Origin: a virus
Lineage: Duplodnaviria; Caudoviricetes
DNA: 64,000 nt
Reading direction: 5' to 3' (one strand)
IMG/VR virus record: IMGVR_UViG_3300036793_000065
Span: 7,460-71,459 of that record
The notes beneath the pieces were generated by a model that was not told the DNA's origin, did not search any database, and saw only the letters and a list, made by a program, of their open reading frames with translations. Positions 1-8,347 of this stretch are shown one piece after another. How positions within the stretch are numbered: the first letter of the stretch is position 1; the number at the start of each line of letters is the position of its first letter. The translations under genes and the position numbers were made by a program.

Positions 1-81
1 TACAGTCGGCGAAGGTCAGCACTCGGCTCCTATACCGGGACCTGGACCTGCTCCGCGCCGCACTGAAATAGGATTCTTGTC

Positions 82-243
82 ATGGACGATATTTCGCGGG
101 AGGAAGTCGCCAAGCTGGCGCGGGAGTACAGGAACTTTGCCGACAAGATGACGACCGATGCCTACCAGCGTCGTTGGCGAATTATCTCAGCTGCGTTGGA
201 TCATTTCAGTAAGCATTGTGTTGACACGTCACCCGGATCGTGA
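82..243 (+). CDS. hypothetical protein, 53 aa
   Basis: ATG82..TGA243 read by eye (MDDISREEVAKLAREY...), AGGA upstream; too short for the ORF track. Confidence 0.45.
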   Translation: MDDISREEVAKLAREYRNFADKMTTDAYQRRWRIISAALDHFSKHCVDTSPGS

Positions 244-249
244 GATAAA
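221..249 (+). promoter_or_regulatory. sigma70-type promoter
   Basis: TTGACA(221-226)-N17-GATAAA(244-249), upstream of the 287 gene. Confidence 0.55.
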
Positions 250-286
250 CCGACCGTGAGCCATCGCGGCTCCGGAGCATCACATC

Positions 287-1195
287 ATGAACATCGAACT
301 CAACGACAGCCTGGACGATCTAATTTTCCGCGCCGACGGCCCGGTGCGGGCGTCGCCCGTCGCGGCGCCATCCACCTATGTCCAGCCGACCTACACCGAG
401 GTTTGCGGCAAGTGCCGCGGTACCGGCCAGTACAGCCACTTCGGCCAATGCTTCGCCTGCAAGGGCAAGGGCAAGTTCCTGTTCAAGACGTCGCCAGAGG
501 TCCGCGCCAAGAACCGCCAGCGGGCGGCGGATCGCGCCGACCGTCGCCAGCAAGACGCTTGGACCGCATTCGCCGCCCAGCATCAGGCGGTGGCCGAGTG
601 GATCATCGCCAACCGTGCTCGCTTCGACTTCGCTGCCAAGTTGAATGAGGCGGTGATCCGGTTCGGCGACCTGACCACGGGCCAGCGCGAGGCCGTGGAG
701 CGCTGCATCGCCCGGGACGTCGCCAAGGCCACCGAGCGCGCCGAACGCGCCCAGCAGGCACCGCAGGCCGATACGGCCGGCATTGATCGCCTGAAGGTGT
801 CGTTCGATAGGGCGCGTGCCTATGCGGCCGAGAAGGGTCTAACCATGCGCACGCCGAAGATTACGATCGGTGGGGTGACCATCTCGCCGGCCAAGGCTGA
901 TGGCAAGAACCCCGGCGCGCTCTACGTGAAGGCGGGCTCGACCTACCTGGGCAAGGTGCAGAACGGCCGGCTGTTCGCCGCTCGTGAATGCACCCCGGAC
1001 CAGGAGAAGCAGGTCCTGGCCTTCATCGCCGACCCGGCCGAGGCCGCCAAGGTATACGGCCAGACCACCGGCGTTTGCTGCGTCTGCAATGCGACGCTGA
1101 GGTCGAAATGGAAACTCGCCGGCATCGGCCCGGTGTGCGCCGAGAAGATGGGCTGGGCGCCTCTGGCGCGCGACTTCGGTGGAGTGCCCGAGTGA
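287..1195 (+). CDS. Zn-finger protein with C-terminal DUF6011-like domain
   Basis: N-terminal CxxCxGxG..CxxCxGxG; C-terminal YGQTTGVCCVCNATL...GIGPVCAEKMGW; GGAG SD. Confidence 0.7.
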   Translation: MNIELNDSLDDLIFRADGPVRASPVAAPSTYVQPTYTEVCGKCRGTGQYSHFGQCFACKGKGKFLFKTSPEVRAKNRQRAADRADRRQQDAWTAFAAQHQAVAEWIIANRARFDFAAKLNEAVIRFGDLTTGQREAVERCIARDVAKATERAERAQQAPQADTAGIDRLKVSFDRARAYAAEKGLTMRTPKITIGGVTISPAKADGKNPGALYVKAGSTYLGKVQNGRLFAARECTPDQEKQVLAFIADPAEAAKVYGQTTGVCCVCNATLRSKWKLAGIGPVCAEKMGWAPLARDFGGVPE

Positions 1196-1419
1196 AGTTC
1201 TACAAGCTCCATCGCACCCACGAGGCTGGCATCAGTGCCGGCCTCGAATACTTCACCAGCCGCCGGGCTGCAGAAAGTGCGCTCTCGATATGGCGCAGGA
1301 ACAGCCCCGGCGACGTCGAAGACCAAACCGGAGAGATTGAGGTCATCGAGGTCGAACCAACTCGTGCGGGAATTCTTTCTGCCCTCAACAAGTACGCCAA
1401 TCACGCCGATAACGGATAA
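1192..1419 (+). CDS. hypothetical protein
   Basis: GTGA overlap with the upstream stop; coding-like ORF (KFYKLHRTHEAG...). Confidence 0.6.
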   Translation: MKFYKLHRTHEAGISAGLEYFTSRRAAESALSIWRRNSPGDVEDQTGEIEVIEVEPTRAGILSALNKYANHADNG

Positions 1420-1429
1420 GAGCATCACA

Positions 1430-1624
1430 ATGACCGATCTTTCAATCCAAACCCACGGCTCGATCGTCCTGCTGCGCGGGGAGACTGGGGTTGGCCGAGA
1501 CTGGATCGCGGAGAACATCTCTCCTGATTCGATGAGTTGGGCAGGCGCAATCGTGGTCGAGCATCGCTTCATCGGCGACATCATCTGCGGCGCAGTCGAT
1601 GATGGGCTGGAGGTCGAATCGTGA
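1430..1624 (+). CDS. hypothetical protein
   Basis: ATG1430 (MTDLSIQTHGSIVLLR...), tightly packed gene. Confidence 0.6.
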   Translation: MTDLSIQTHGSIVLLRGETGVGRDWIAENISPDSMSWAGAIVVEHRFIGDIICGAVDDGLEVES

Positions 1625-1893
1625 GCTACACCCCCATGATCAACCAAGAAACCGGCGAGATCGATACCATCGCTGTCGCCGAGCGTGCCGATCTGCGCGC
1701 ATGCCGCGAATGGGGTGGTTCTTCGCCGCCTCCAAGCTATATCCGGGACGCCGTCTCGTGGTGCTGGGATCGGGCCCGCAACGAGCGACTCGAATGGCGC
1801 CGTATGCGAGGATTGCCGGATGATTCGCCGGTCGAGATGATCTCCGTGCCTGCATGGGGATCGTCGGGCGATAATTTCGGGAGGGGTGCATGA
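1621..1893 (+). CDS. hypothetical protein
   Basis: 4-nt overlaps at both ends, GGAGG upstream. Confidence 0.55.
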   Translation: MSYTPMINQETGEIDTIAVAERADLRACREWGGSSPPPSYIRDAVSWCWDRARNERLEWRRMRGLPDDSPVEMISVPAWGSSGDNFGRGA

Positions 1894-2099
1894 CAGTCCA
1901 GTTCCAGGCCTATGCCATGGTGCATGACGGCGACGTCTTCTATCGTAACCCGATCGGCCAGCCGCTCCATAGCGAGGCCGCGGCATGGCAAGCGGCGCAC
2001 AATATCGCAATGCATTTCTGGCCGGATGATTCGCGGCGCCGATGGTCCTTCATCGAGCGCTGCGAGGTTACCTCAGTGACGCGCGTGGAGATCAACTGA
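1890..2099 (+). CDS. hypothetical protein
   Basis: ATGA overlap, GGAGG SD. Confidence 0.55.
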   Translation: MTVQFQAYAMVHDGDVFYRNPIGQPLHSEAAAWQAAHNIAMHFWPDDSRRRWSFIERCEVTSVTRVEIN

Positions 2100-2305
2100 T
2101 GTCGAAGCGGATGAGGGCAACGCAGCGCCGGCCGCCGGGGTCGCCGCCGGCCGCGGTCGAGATCGCATTGCTTTTGAAGCGTGACACCGGCATCGTGGTC
2201 GAGCCCAAGACCATCCACGATTTCATCGTCGGGAGGTTCTTGACGCTCTCGATTCTGGCCCATGAGATTTGGGAGCCGCACAAACAACCAGGGCATCCGC
2301 TGTGA
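2099..2305 (+). CDS. hypothetical protein
   Basis: TGATG coupling; similar in sequence to the 17739-17969 ORF (GIVVEPKTIHDFI vs GIEIHPEVLRNFI). Confidence 0.55.
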   Translation: MSKRMRATQRRPPGSPPAAVEIALLLKRDTGIVVEPKTIHDFIVGRFLTLSILAHEIWEPHKQPGHPL

Positions 2306-2469
2306 CCCGCGAGAACCGAAACTTCAAGATTGCGCAGATAATCGCCTTGGCGATCGGTGGCGTCATCGTCAGCATTGCGGTAGTGAACTATCCATGGATC
2401 GCTGGCGCCGCTGTGGTGATCGCGGTCATCGTGCTGTGCTCCACCATCAACGCGGGATCGTGGCCATGA
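2302..2469 (+). CDS. small membrane protein (2 TM)
   Basis: two hydrophobic stretches; GTGA overlap. Confidence 0.55.
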   Translation: MTRENRNFKIAQIIALAIGGVIVSIAVVNYPWIAGAAVVIAVIVLCSTINAGSWP

Positions 2470-2576
2470 AGGACCTGTCGACGATGCAGGGCTGCCTCGG
2501 TCTGGTGATCCTGGTGTTCGGCTCGATGTTCCTCGGTGCATTGGCGATCAAGCTGATTACCCAGGGTCACCTGTAA
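2466..2576 (+). CDS. small membrane protein (1 TM)
   Basis: MKDLSTMQGCLGLVILVFGSMFLGALAIKL; ATGA overlap. Confidence 0.5.
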   Translation: MKDLSTMQGCLGLVILVFGSMFLGALAIKLITQGHL

Positions 2577-2584
2577 GCAATTTG

Positions 2585-2613
2585 TTGATTTAGTTCGTGC
2601 CCGCTTCTATCTT
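2585..2613 (+). promoter_or_regulatory. sigma70-type promoter
   Basis: TTGATT-N17-TATCTT in an AT-rich intergenic gap. Confidence 0.5.
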
Positions 2614-2711
2614 GTCGTGATCTACTCTCGCGCCGAACAACGTGAGGGTATTGATGCGGCGGCCCCAGTTGGTGATGCTCCTGGGGCCGCATGCATCCAC
2701 CGGAGAAACCG

Positions 2712-2993
2712 ATGGACGATCCTGCCCGCCCCTACACCCAGCGATCGAAGCAGCATGAGCCCGATCACAGCTATCCGCAGGAAGTGCAGCTGCGGCTGGT
2801 GTGGACCGTCAATGGGCATGCCCGCATTCGGACGTCGAGCATCAGCGCTGACGAGTTTTTCGGTGTCGGCGGATCGGGCGCGCCGATCGAGGGCATCGCG
2901 ATCCTAAACCGGATCGAGCAGATGCGGCGCGCCGGCCCTCCGATCGTCGAGCAGAAGGGAAAGAAGCATGCCGTCCGCAAAACCAAACGCTGA
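2712..2993 (+). CDS. hypothetical protein
   Basis: GGAG SD before ATG2712. Confidence 0.6.
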   Translation: MDDPARPYTQRSKQHEPDHSYPQEVQLRLVWTVNGHARIRTSSISADEFFGVGGSGAPIEGIAILNRIEQMRRAGPPIVEQKGKKHAVRKTKR

Positions 2994-3531
2994 TGCGATG
3001 AAGATCGAGGAGTGGACGATCGCGCGCGTTAAGCCCTATGCGGCGAACGCCAAAATGCATCCTCCGGCGCAGGTGCTGAAGATCGTTGCATCGATCAACA
3101 AGTTCGGTTTCGTGAACCCGATCCTGGTCGACCATGGCGGGGTTGTTGTAGCTGGTCACGGACGATTGCAGGCCGCGCTGGAAATGGGATTGAAGAAGGT
3201 CCCCGTCATCAAACTGGGCCACCTCACCGAGGATGAAGCCAAGGCGCTGCGGATCGCGGACAACAGCATCGCCGAGAGCGGCACATCTTGGGATGCCGAC
3301 ATGCTGGAGGCCGAGCTGGCCGCGCTGAAGGCCGTCAAATTCGATCTGGAGCCCCTTGGGCTCGATTCCATCGAGCTGCCGGACCTGGAGGTCGATCCAA
3401 CGCCGCCCCCGCCCAGGGCCAACCGTAGCAAGACCACGATCTTTCTCTCCGTCAAGAATGCCGATGCCGAGAAGGCTCGCAAGACTGTCGCAGCGGCCCT
3501 CACCAAGGCTCGCATTGAGCATAATCTATGA
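2968..3531 (+). CDS. ParB/Srx N-terminal domain protein
   Basis: VKPYAANAKMH...SINKFGFVNPILVD...VVAGHGRLQAA...LRIADN: the phage ParB-like motif set; no fused methyltransferase. Confidence 0.85.
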   Translation: MPSAKPNADAMKIEEWTIARVKPYAANAKMHPPAQVLKIVASINKFGFVNPILVDHGGVVVAGHGRLQAALEMGLKKVPVIKLGHLTEDEAKALRIADNSIAESGTSWDADMLEAELAALKAVKFDLEPLGLDSIELPDLEVDPTPPPPRANRSKTTIFLSVKNADAEKARKTVAAALTKARIEHNL

Positions 3532-3722
3532 ACCGCTTCGCCCGCGAATTTGCGATTGGGTTTTGCGAGCGGGTCATCGCGGTCGCACCGCGCGTCATCC
3601 GCGCATTTTGCGGGTTCTTTGCTGGCTTGCTTTACTATCGCTACTATGGAGCAGCAGAGGCTCCTGCGGCATTGGCTGTAGCTGCCTTTACCGTTGCCCT
3701 TCTGGAGCTGTGGTGTACATGA
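3528..3722 (+). CDS. small membrane protein
   Basis: hydrophobic 64 aa ORF, ATGA overlap. Confidence 0.5.
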   Translation: MNRFAREFAIGFCERVIAVAPRVIRAFCGFFAGLLYYRYYGAAEAPAALAVAAFTVALLELWCT

Positions 3723-4123
3723 CCGATCCTCTCATCACCATCAACGGCCGCACCCTTAACGAGCCGCAGACCAAAAGCCTCATGTGGGCCGTGAAGGCAT
3801 TTCATGAGGTGGCCAAGATCATGGGGAGATCGTCCTCCGATGAGGAGTTGCGCATCCACGCAACCAATTACGATCGCCTGGAAGAGATTCTAGGCATCCT
3901 GGGGGCCACACCAACCGCCAGGGCTCCGGTCCGCGCGTCGTCTATCAGCGACACGATCAACGTGGTCCGCACCAATCGCATCCTGCAGCTGGCGGGCTTT
4001 GTGCCCGAGCAGGCCAACGCGGAAGCGCGGGCGCTGGCCGAGCGCTTCGCCGCGACCACCGAACCGATCGACGTTCTTGCAATGCGGCTGAGGAAAGCTG
4101 CTGTGGAGAGAGACCGATGCTGA
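3719..4123 (+). CDS. hypothetical protein
   Basis: ATG3719 (MTDPLITINGRTL...), GGAG upstream. Confidence 0.6.
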   Translation: MTDPLITINGRTLNEPQTKSLMWAVKAFHEVAKIMGRSSSDEELRIHATNYDRLEEILGILGATPTARAPVRASSISDTINVVRTNRILQLAGFVPEQANAEARALAERFAATTEPIDVLAMRLRKAAVERDRC

Positions 4124-4545
4124 AGCTGACCAGCGCCATTGACCGCACCTCGATCTTTATCGCGCCGGCCCACATCGTCGGGCTCATCTCCGTCAGCAAG
4201 GGCACTCAGGTTATCACCGTCGCCAGCTGGCAGCCGCACGTCCTGGAAACTCGCGACGAGATCATGGCCATGCCGCAGATGGCGCGGCACTTCATGCCGC
4301 TGGTGACGATGCCGCCTCTCTATGCGGGCGGGCCTTCCGCATCTGCCGACGGTTTGGCACATGAATTGACCAATGCGGGGTCCTACGAGGCGCTTCCCGG
4401 AATTGTCAATATTGTCGAATGGTCGGAGCCTCGCCAAGAGTGGGTGACAGTTCGGTCTGATAAATCATTGCGCTCACTCGGTGAATTTTCCGAGCAGGTG
4501 ATCGGCTATCTCCGTCCGTTCCCGTCTGGATTCTCCACGCCATGA
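4117..4545 (+). CDS. hypothetical protein
   Basis: GGAGAG SD; coding-like ORF. Confidence 0.6.
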   Translation: MLKLTSAIDRTSIFIAPAHIVGLISVSKGTQVITVASWQPHVLETRDEIMAMPQMARHFMPLVTMPPLYAGGPSASADGLAHELTNAGSYEALPGIVNIVEWSEPRQEWVTVRSDKSLRSLGEFSEQVIGYLRPFPSGFSTP

Positions 4546-4724
4546 GTGGTCGACATCCCATGAACATCGAGCGAGCCAGGGAGCTGAAGGCCAAGGGCCT
4601 CAAGTGGAAAGAGATCGGCGAGCGTCTCGCGGTCGAGGAGAGGCGGCCCATCCCCTACCTCGGCCGATCGGTCGAGAGGGCGGTGAGGTTGGCAAAAAGA
4701 GGGGTGCTTCATGACCAGAGGTGA
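4542..4724 (+). CDS. small HTH-like protein
   Basis: ARELKAKGLKWKEIGERL resembles an HTH. Confidence 0.5.
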   Translation: MSGRHPMNIERARELKAKGLKWKEIGERLAVEERRPIPYLGRSVERAVRLAKRGVLHDQR

Positions 4725-4899
4725 AATGCGGCAGGCCATCGCGATCATCCAGAATCGCTTTCTCCATGAGCGCAACAACGCCAAAACCAAGACCGATGAG
4801 GAGTTTGCCCAGCTGATCATCACCGGCATCGGCCTGATCGGGGAGATCGCCCTCGACATCAAGCGGATCGCTGATCAAGCCGGCGTACCGGAGGCCTAG
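4711..4899 (+). CDS. hypothetical protein
   Basis: GAGGGG SD; helical 62 aa ORF. Confidence 0.55.
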   Translation: MTRGEMRQAIAIIQNRFLHERNNAKTKTDEEFAQLIITGIGLIGEIALDIKRIADQAGVPEA

Positions 4900-5127
4900 A
4901 TGAACACCCCCACCATTGCCGAAGAGGTCATCGCCAAGAAGCTCGCCCTATGGCACGGCCAAGTCGCTCTCTATCGGGATGTGCATGGAACCACGATCAC
5001 CGTCGCTACGTCACGGACGGTCCCGCCAGATCGTGCCACCGGATGGGGGTGGGAGCTGGACCGCTACGTAGAGCGCCATTGGCGAGAGTACATCGCAGCT
5101 GCTCGCGAGATCATTGCGGATCGCTAA
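4900..5127 (+). CDS. hypothetical protein
   Basis: GGAGG SD; abuts the upstream stop. Confidence 0.6.
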   Translation: MNTPTIAEEVIAKKLALWHGQVALYRDVHGTTITVATSRTVPPDRATGWGWELDRYVERHWREYIAAAREIIADR

Positions 5128-5154
5128 TGATGGATGTCTGACTAAGGACTGACC

Positions 5155-5694
5155 GTGCCCGAACTTCGAAACCCCCGCCAAGAGGCCATGGCCCAAGCGC
5201 TGGCTCTCGGTAAGACCCAGCTCGCAGCCTATGCCGAGGCCGGCTACACCGGAGACCCTGTTGGATCGGCTGCCAAGCGCGCCAATCACCCCGACGTCAA
5301 GACCCGGGTGCACGAGATCATCGCTGAGCGCCATCAGCTGGAGCGTCGATCCAGCGAGAAGGCGGTTGAGGATGCTTCGATCGAGAAGGGCTGGATCGTC
5401 CGGCGGGCCAAGTTCATCGTCGACCGGGCGATTCGGGGCACACGGGCTGTCTACGATAAGGATGGTACTGTCAGCTGGATGCCACGCGCCGGGGACGATA
5501 CGGCCGCCATCAATGGCCTGAAGTTGCTGGCCCAGATGGGCGGCTATCTCGTCGAGAAGGTGGAATTTGGCCAGCCTGGGGACTTCGCCCGGCTGACCGA
5601 TGATGAGTTGGACAAGGAGCTGCTACTGGTGGCCGAATCTATCGGCATCTCGCCAGCTGCGGTTCAGAAGGCAATTGCAGGGAGATCGGAATGA
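5155..5694 (+). CDS. terS: terminase small subunit
   Basis: N-terminal LRNPRQEAMAQALALGKTQLAAYAEAGY HTH typical of TerS; upstream of terL. Confidence 0.75.
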   Translation: MPELRNPRQEAMAQALALGKTQLAAYAEAGYTGDPVGSAAKRANHPDVKTRVHEIIAERHQLERRSSEKAVEDASIEKGWIVRRAKFIVDRAIRGTRAVYDKDGTVSWMPRAGDDTAAINGLKLLAQMGGYLVEKVEFGQPGDFARLTDDELDKELLLVAESIGISPAAVQKAIAGRSE

Positions 5695-5975
5695 CGACGC
5701 CGCGCTACACCAACCGAGCCACCGTGACGGTGGAGGGTCAGATCATCAGGATCATCTTCCTGGAGCATCGAAAGGAAATCGACCGCCATCACGGCGATGC
5801 CTTGGTCCCTATGGTCGAGGGGGTTGCAGAGCTGATCCTGCCTCGGGAAATGGGGCCATTCCTCTCCCGCCTGATCGAGAGCCAGCTGGCCCTTTCTCCT
5901 GATCCGGCGAAGATAATGGGGGGCGCTGGTTACGATCCACATCAGTCCGACGGCGCGCACGGGGGTGGGGAATAG
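5691..5975 (+). CDS. hypothetical protein
   Basis: ATGA overlap, GGGAG SD. Confidence 0.55.
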   Translation: MTTPRYTNRATVTVEGQIIRIIFLEHRKEIDRHHGDALVPMVEGVAELILPREMGPFLSRLIESQLALSPDPAKIMGGAGYDPHQSDGAHGGGE

Positions 5976-5978
5976 GAA

Positions 5979-6797
5979 GTGACCAAGCTGCGCCAGATTC
6001 GGCCTATCGCTATCAGCGATCTGCGCCCGCTCGATCTCGGTGCTCGGCCGGTGATGGAGTGGCATCCCCCGACTGAGCTATGGGTCGACGACACCTACCA
6101 GCGGAATATGACGCGACAGTCCCAGGCACTGGTGGTGAAGGTTGCGCGCGGCTTCCGCTGGAATCGGATGAAACCGGTCGTCGTGGTCCGCACTGTAGAA
6201 GGGCAGCTTCATGTCATTGACGGCCAACACACCGCGATTGCAGCGGCATCGGCTGGGATCGATAGTATTCCGGTCTTCATCGTCGGAGCCAGCGAGATGA
6301 GCGAGCGCGCCCGCGCCTTTGTCGACCACAACAGGGATCGGACGCGGGTGACTTCGTTCACGATCTACAAGGCGCTGTTGGCGGCCGGCGATCCGGAGAC
6401 GGTGTGCTGCGAATCGGTGCTGCGGCGGGCCGGCGCCCGCCTCCGCCACCTGAACCAGACCGTAGAGGCCAATCCGGGCGACACCTCAGCGATCGGACAG
6501 GTGACGTCGCTGGTCAAGGTCCATGGTCCGATGCGGGCCCGCGTGGTGCTGGAGACGTTGGTGCAAGCGGATCGGGTGCCAATTACCGCTGACGAGATCA
6601 AGGCGGCCACCCAGCTGCTCTGGATCGATGATAAGCGAGTGGCGCCAGAGCAGCTGATCCCGGTGATCCAGGCGCTGGGAGATGACGGCCTGCGCACCGC
6701 CCAGGCCAACGCCAGAACGCAACGAACCCAGGTCTGGCGCGTCCTGGTCCAGCACTGGGGAATGAGAGCGAGATATGCCAAGGCAGCGGTCGCCTGA
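5979..6797 (+). CDS. ParB-like (DUF6551-type) protein
   Basis: LWVDDTYQR...HVIDGQHTAIAA ParB/DGQH-type motifs. Confidence 0.7.
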   Translation: MTKLRQIRPIAISDLRPLDLGARPVMEWHPPTELWVDDTYQRNMTRQSQALVVKVARGFRWNRMKPVVVVRTVEGQLHVIDGQHTAIAAASAGIDSIPVFIVGASEMSERARAFVDHNRDRTRVTSFTIYKALLAAGDPETVCCESVLRRAGARLRHLNQTVEANPGDTSAIGQVTSLVKVHGPMRARVVLETLVQADRVPITADEIKAATQLLWIDDKRVAPEQLIPVIQALGDDGLRTAQANARTQRTQVWRVLVQHWGMRARYAKAAVA

Positions 6798-7215
6798 ACC
6801 GATCATCACCGACGCCGATTATGTCGCTGCTCTGGAGCGCGACAACGACGAACTGCGCACGCGGGTCGCAATGCTAGAAGCGAAGCTTGGAAGGTTTTCA
6901 TCTAGTGACGAGGTGATGCTGACTGCACCGTCAGCCCGATTTGGTCTTTCCAGGACGGAGGGGCATATCTTCGCGCGGATCGCGGCTGCTGGCTACGCTA
7001 CCAGGGATGATTTGATGACGATCGCCAATGAGGGAGGCAGCAAGAACCTCGATCCCAAGATTCTCCATGTCTGGATCAACAAAATCCGCAACAAGCTGGC
7101 GCCGTTCGGAATCGTCATAGAAACTGCGCGCGGACGCGGCTATAAGATCGATGCCGAAGGGATGGCCAAGATCGCGGCGATCCAGTCCGGAACTGAGCCA
7201 GAGCATGCGAGTTAG
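6775..7215 (+). CDS. OmpR/PhoB-type winged-helix DNA-binding protein with N-terminal coiled coil, no receiver domain
   Basis: KILHVWINKIRNKL...IETARGRGY matches the Trans_reg_C recognition helix and wing. Confidence 0.8.
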   Translation: MPRQRSPEPIITDADYVAALERDNDELRTRVAMLEAKLGRFSSSDEVMLTAPSARFGLSRTEGHIFARIAAAGYATRDDLMTIANEGGSKNLDPKILHVWINKIRNKLAPFGIVIETARGRGYKIDAEGMAKIAAIQSGTEPEHAS

Positions 7216-7225
7216 GGACTGCATC

Positions 7226-7993
7226 ATGTCACGTTTCGACAGCATGCGAAGGGTGATGGGTGGCTTCGTGCCGAGGCCGCCCGAGCCGGTTCAAGTGGAA
7301 GTGCACGATAGGGCGACTGCTGCCGCGCTCCGTCGAGTCGAAGTCATCGGCAGGCTCATCCTTTCAAAACTGAAACAGCTGGAGAAGACGATGGCAGACC
7401 AGAACGTAACCGTTGCGGACATTCTCGCTGCAACCAAGGAACAGCAGACGGCCGTGGCGTCGATGGGCCAGCTGCTGCAGAAAATCCATGACCGGGTGAA
7501 CCAGTTGGTCGCCGGCCAGATCGATGCGCAGACCCAGGCCAACATCAATGAGGCCTTCGCCGAGATCAAGGGCAACACCAACGCGATCGCGGACGCGGTC
7601 ACGACCTACACCCCGGATGCGGGCTCGGATACGCCTGCGCCTCCGACCTTGGTGCCGACCAGCATCGACGCGACCAGCTCCAAGAACCCGGCGGCGCCCG
7701 GGGATGACGTCACCATGACGGCAACCGTCAACAAGGGTGGATCATCCCCCGAATCGATCACCGGCAGCGTGCTGTTCAGTGCATCGGGCGGGCTGCTGGC
7801 TCCGGCCGTCAATCTCGATTCGACCGGTGTTGCTGCGATCTCGACGTCGACACTCCCGGCCGGCGACAACTCGATCACGATCTCCTACAGCGGCGACGCC
7901 AACTTCGCTCCCTCGACCGGGACGTTCGTCCAGTCGATCGTTGCGCCTGCGGGCAACAGCCCGGCTCCGGCTGGACAAGCGCCCGCAGCCTGA
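7226..7993 (+). CDS. coiled-coil plus Ig-like (group 3) domain protein; strong internal start at 7391
   Basis: C-terminal GDDVTMTATV...GSVLF...LPAGDNSITISYSGDANFAPS is a bacterial Ig-like signature. Confidence 0.75.
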   Translation: MSRFDSMRRVMGGFVPRPPEPVQVEVHDRATAAALRRVEVIGRLILSKLKQLEKTMADQNVTVADILAATKEQQTAVASMGQLLQKIHDRVNQLVAGQIDAQTQANINEAFAEIKGNTNAIADAVTTYTPDAGSDTPAPPTLVPTSIDATSSKNPAAPGDDVTMTATVNKGGSSPESITGSVLFSASGGLLAPAVNLDSTGVAAISTSTLPAGDNSITISYSGDANFAPSTGTFVQSIVAPAGNSPAPAGQAPAA

Positions 7994-8039
7994 TAAGGTC
8001 GCCATCTTCGCAGGTGGAAAGCTGGACAACCACGCCCCA

Positions 8040-8076
8040 GCCCTCGCAGCAGCAATGTTGCGGGGGCTTTGGTTTT
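8040..8076 (+). terminator. intrinsic terminator
   Basis: GCCCTCGCAGCA-gcaa-TGTTGCGGGGGC hairpin followed by TTTGGTTTT. Confidence 0.55.
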
Positions 8077-8116
8077 GTGGCTATGGTCGACCGACCGCGT
8101 GCCGCGGTCGAGGAGA

Positions 8117-8347
8117 ATGCTGATGCCAGCCCAAAACATCAATGATGCCCTGCAGTGCTTGCGCAGTGCATTCCCCAAGACCCAGTTCTCCATCAAGGAT
8201 GGAAGCATCGTCGGCGGCGGCATCACCGTTGCTCCCGGCCTGCTGCAGGGCACTGCGCTTGCGATGGTGCGCATTGTCGGATCGCAGCTGAAGGCGATCG
8301 AGGACAAGGCGCTCGAAAAGGCCCAGCAGGACGCACAGGGCGCCTAA
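8117..8347 (+). CDS. hypothetical protein
   Basis: AGGAG SD; abuts the terL start. Confidence 0.55.
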   Translation: MLMPAQNINDALQCLRSAFPKTQFSIKDGSIVGGGITVAPGLLQGTALAMVRIVGSQLKAIEDKALEKAQQDAQGA

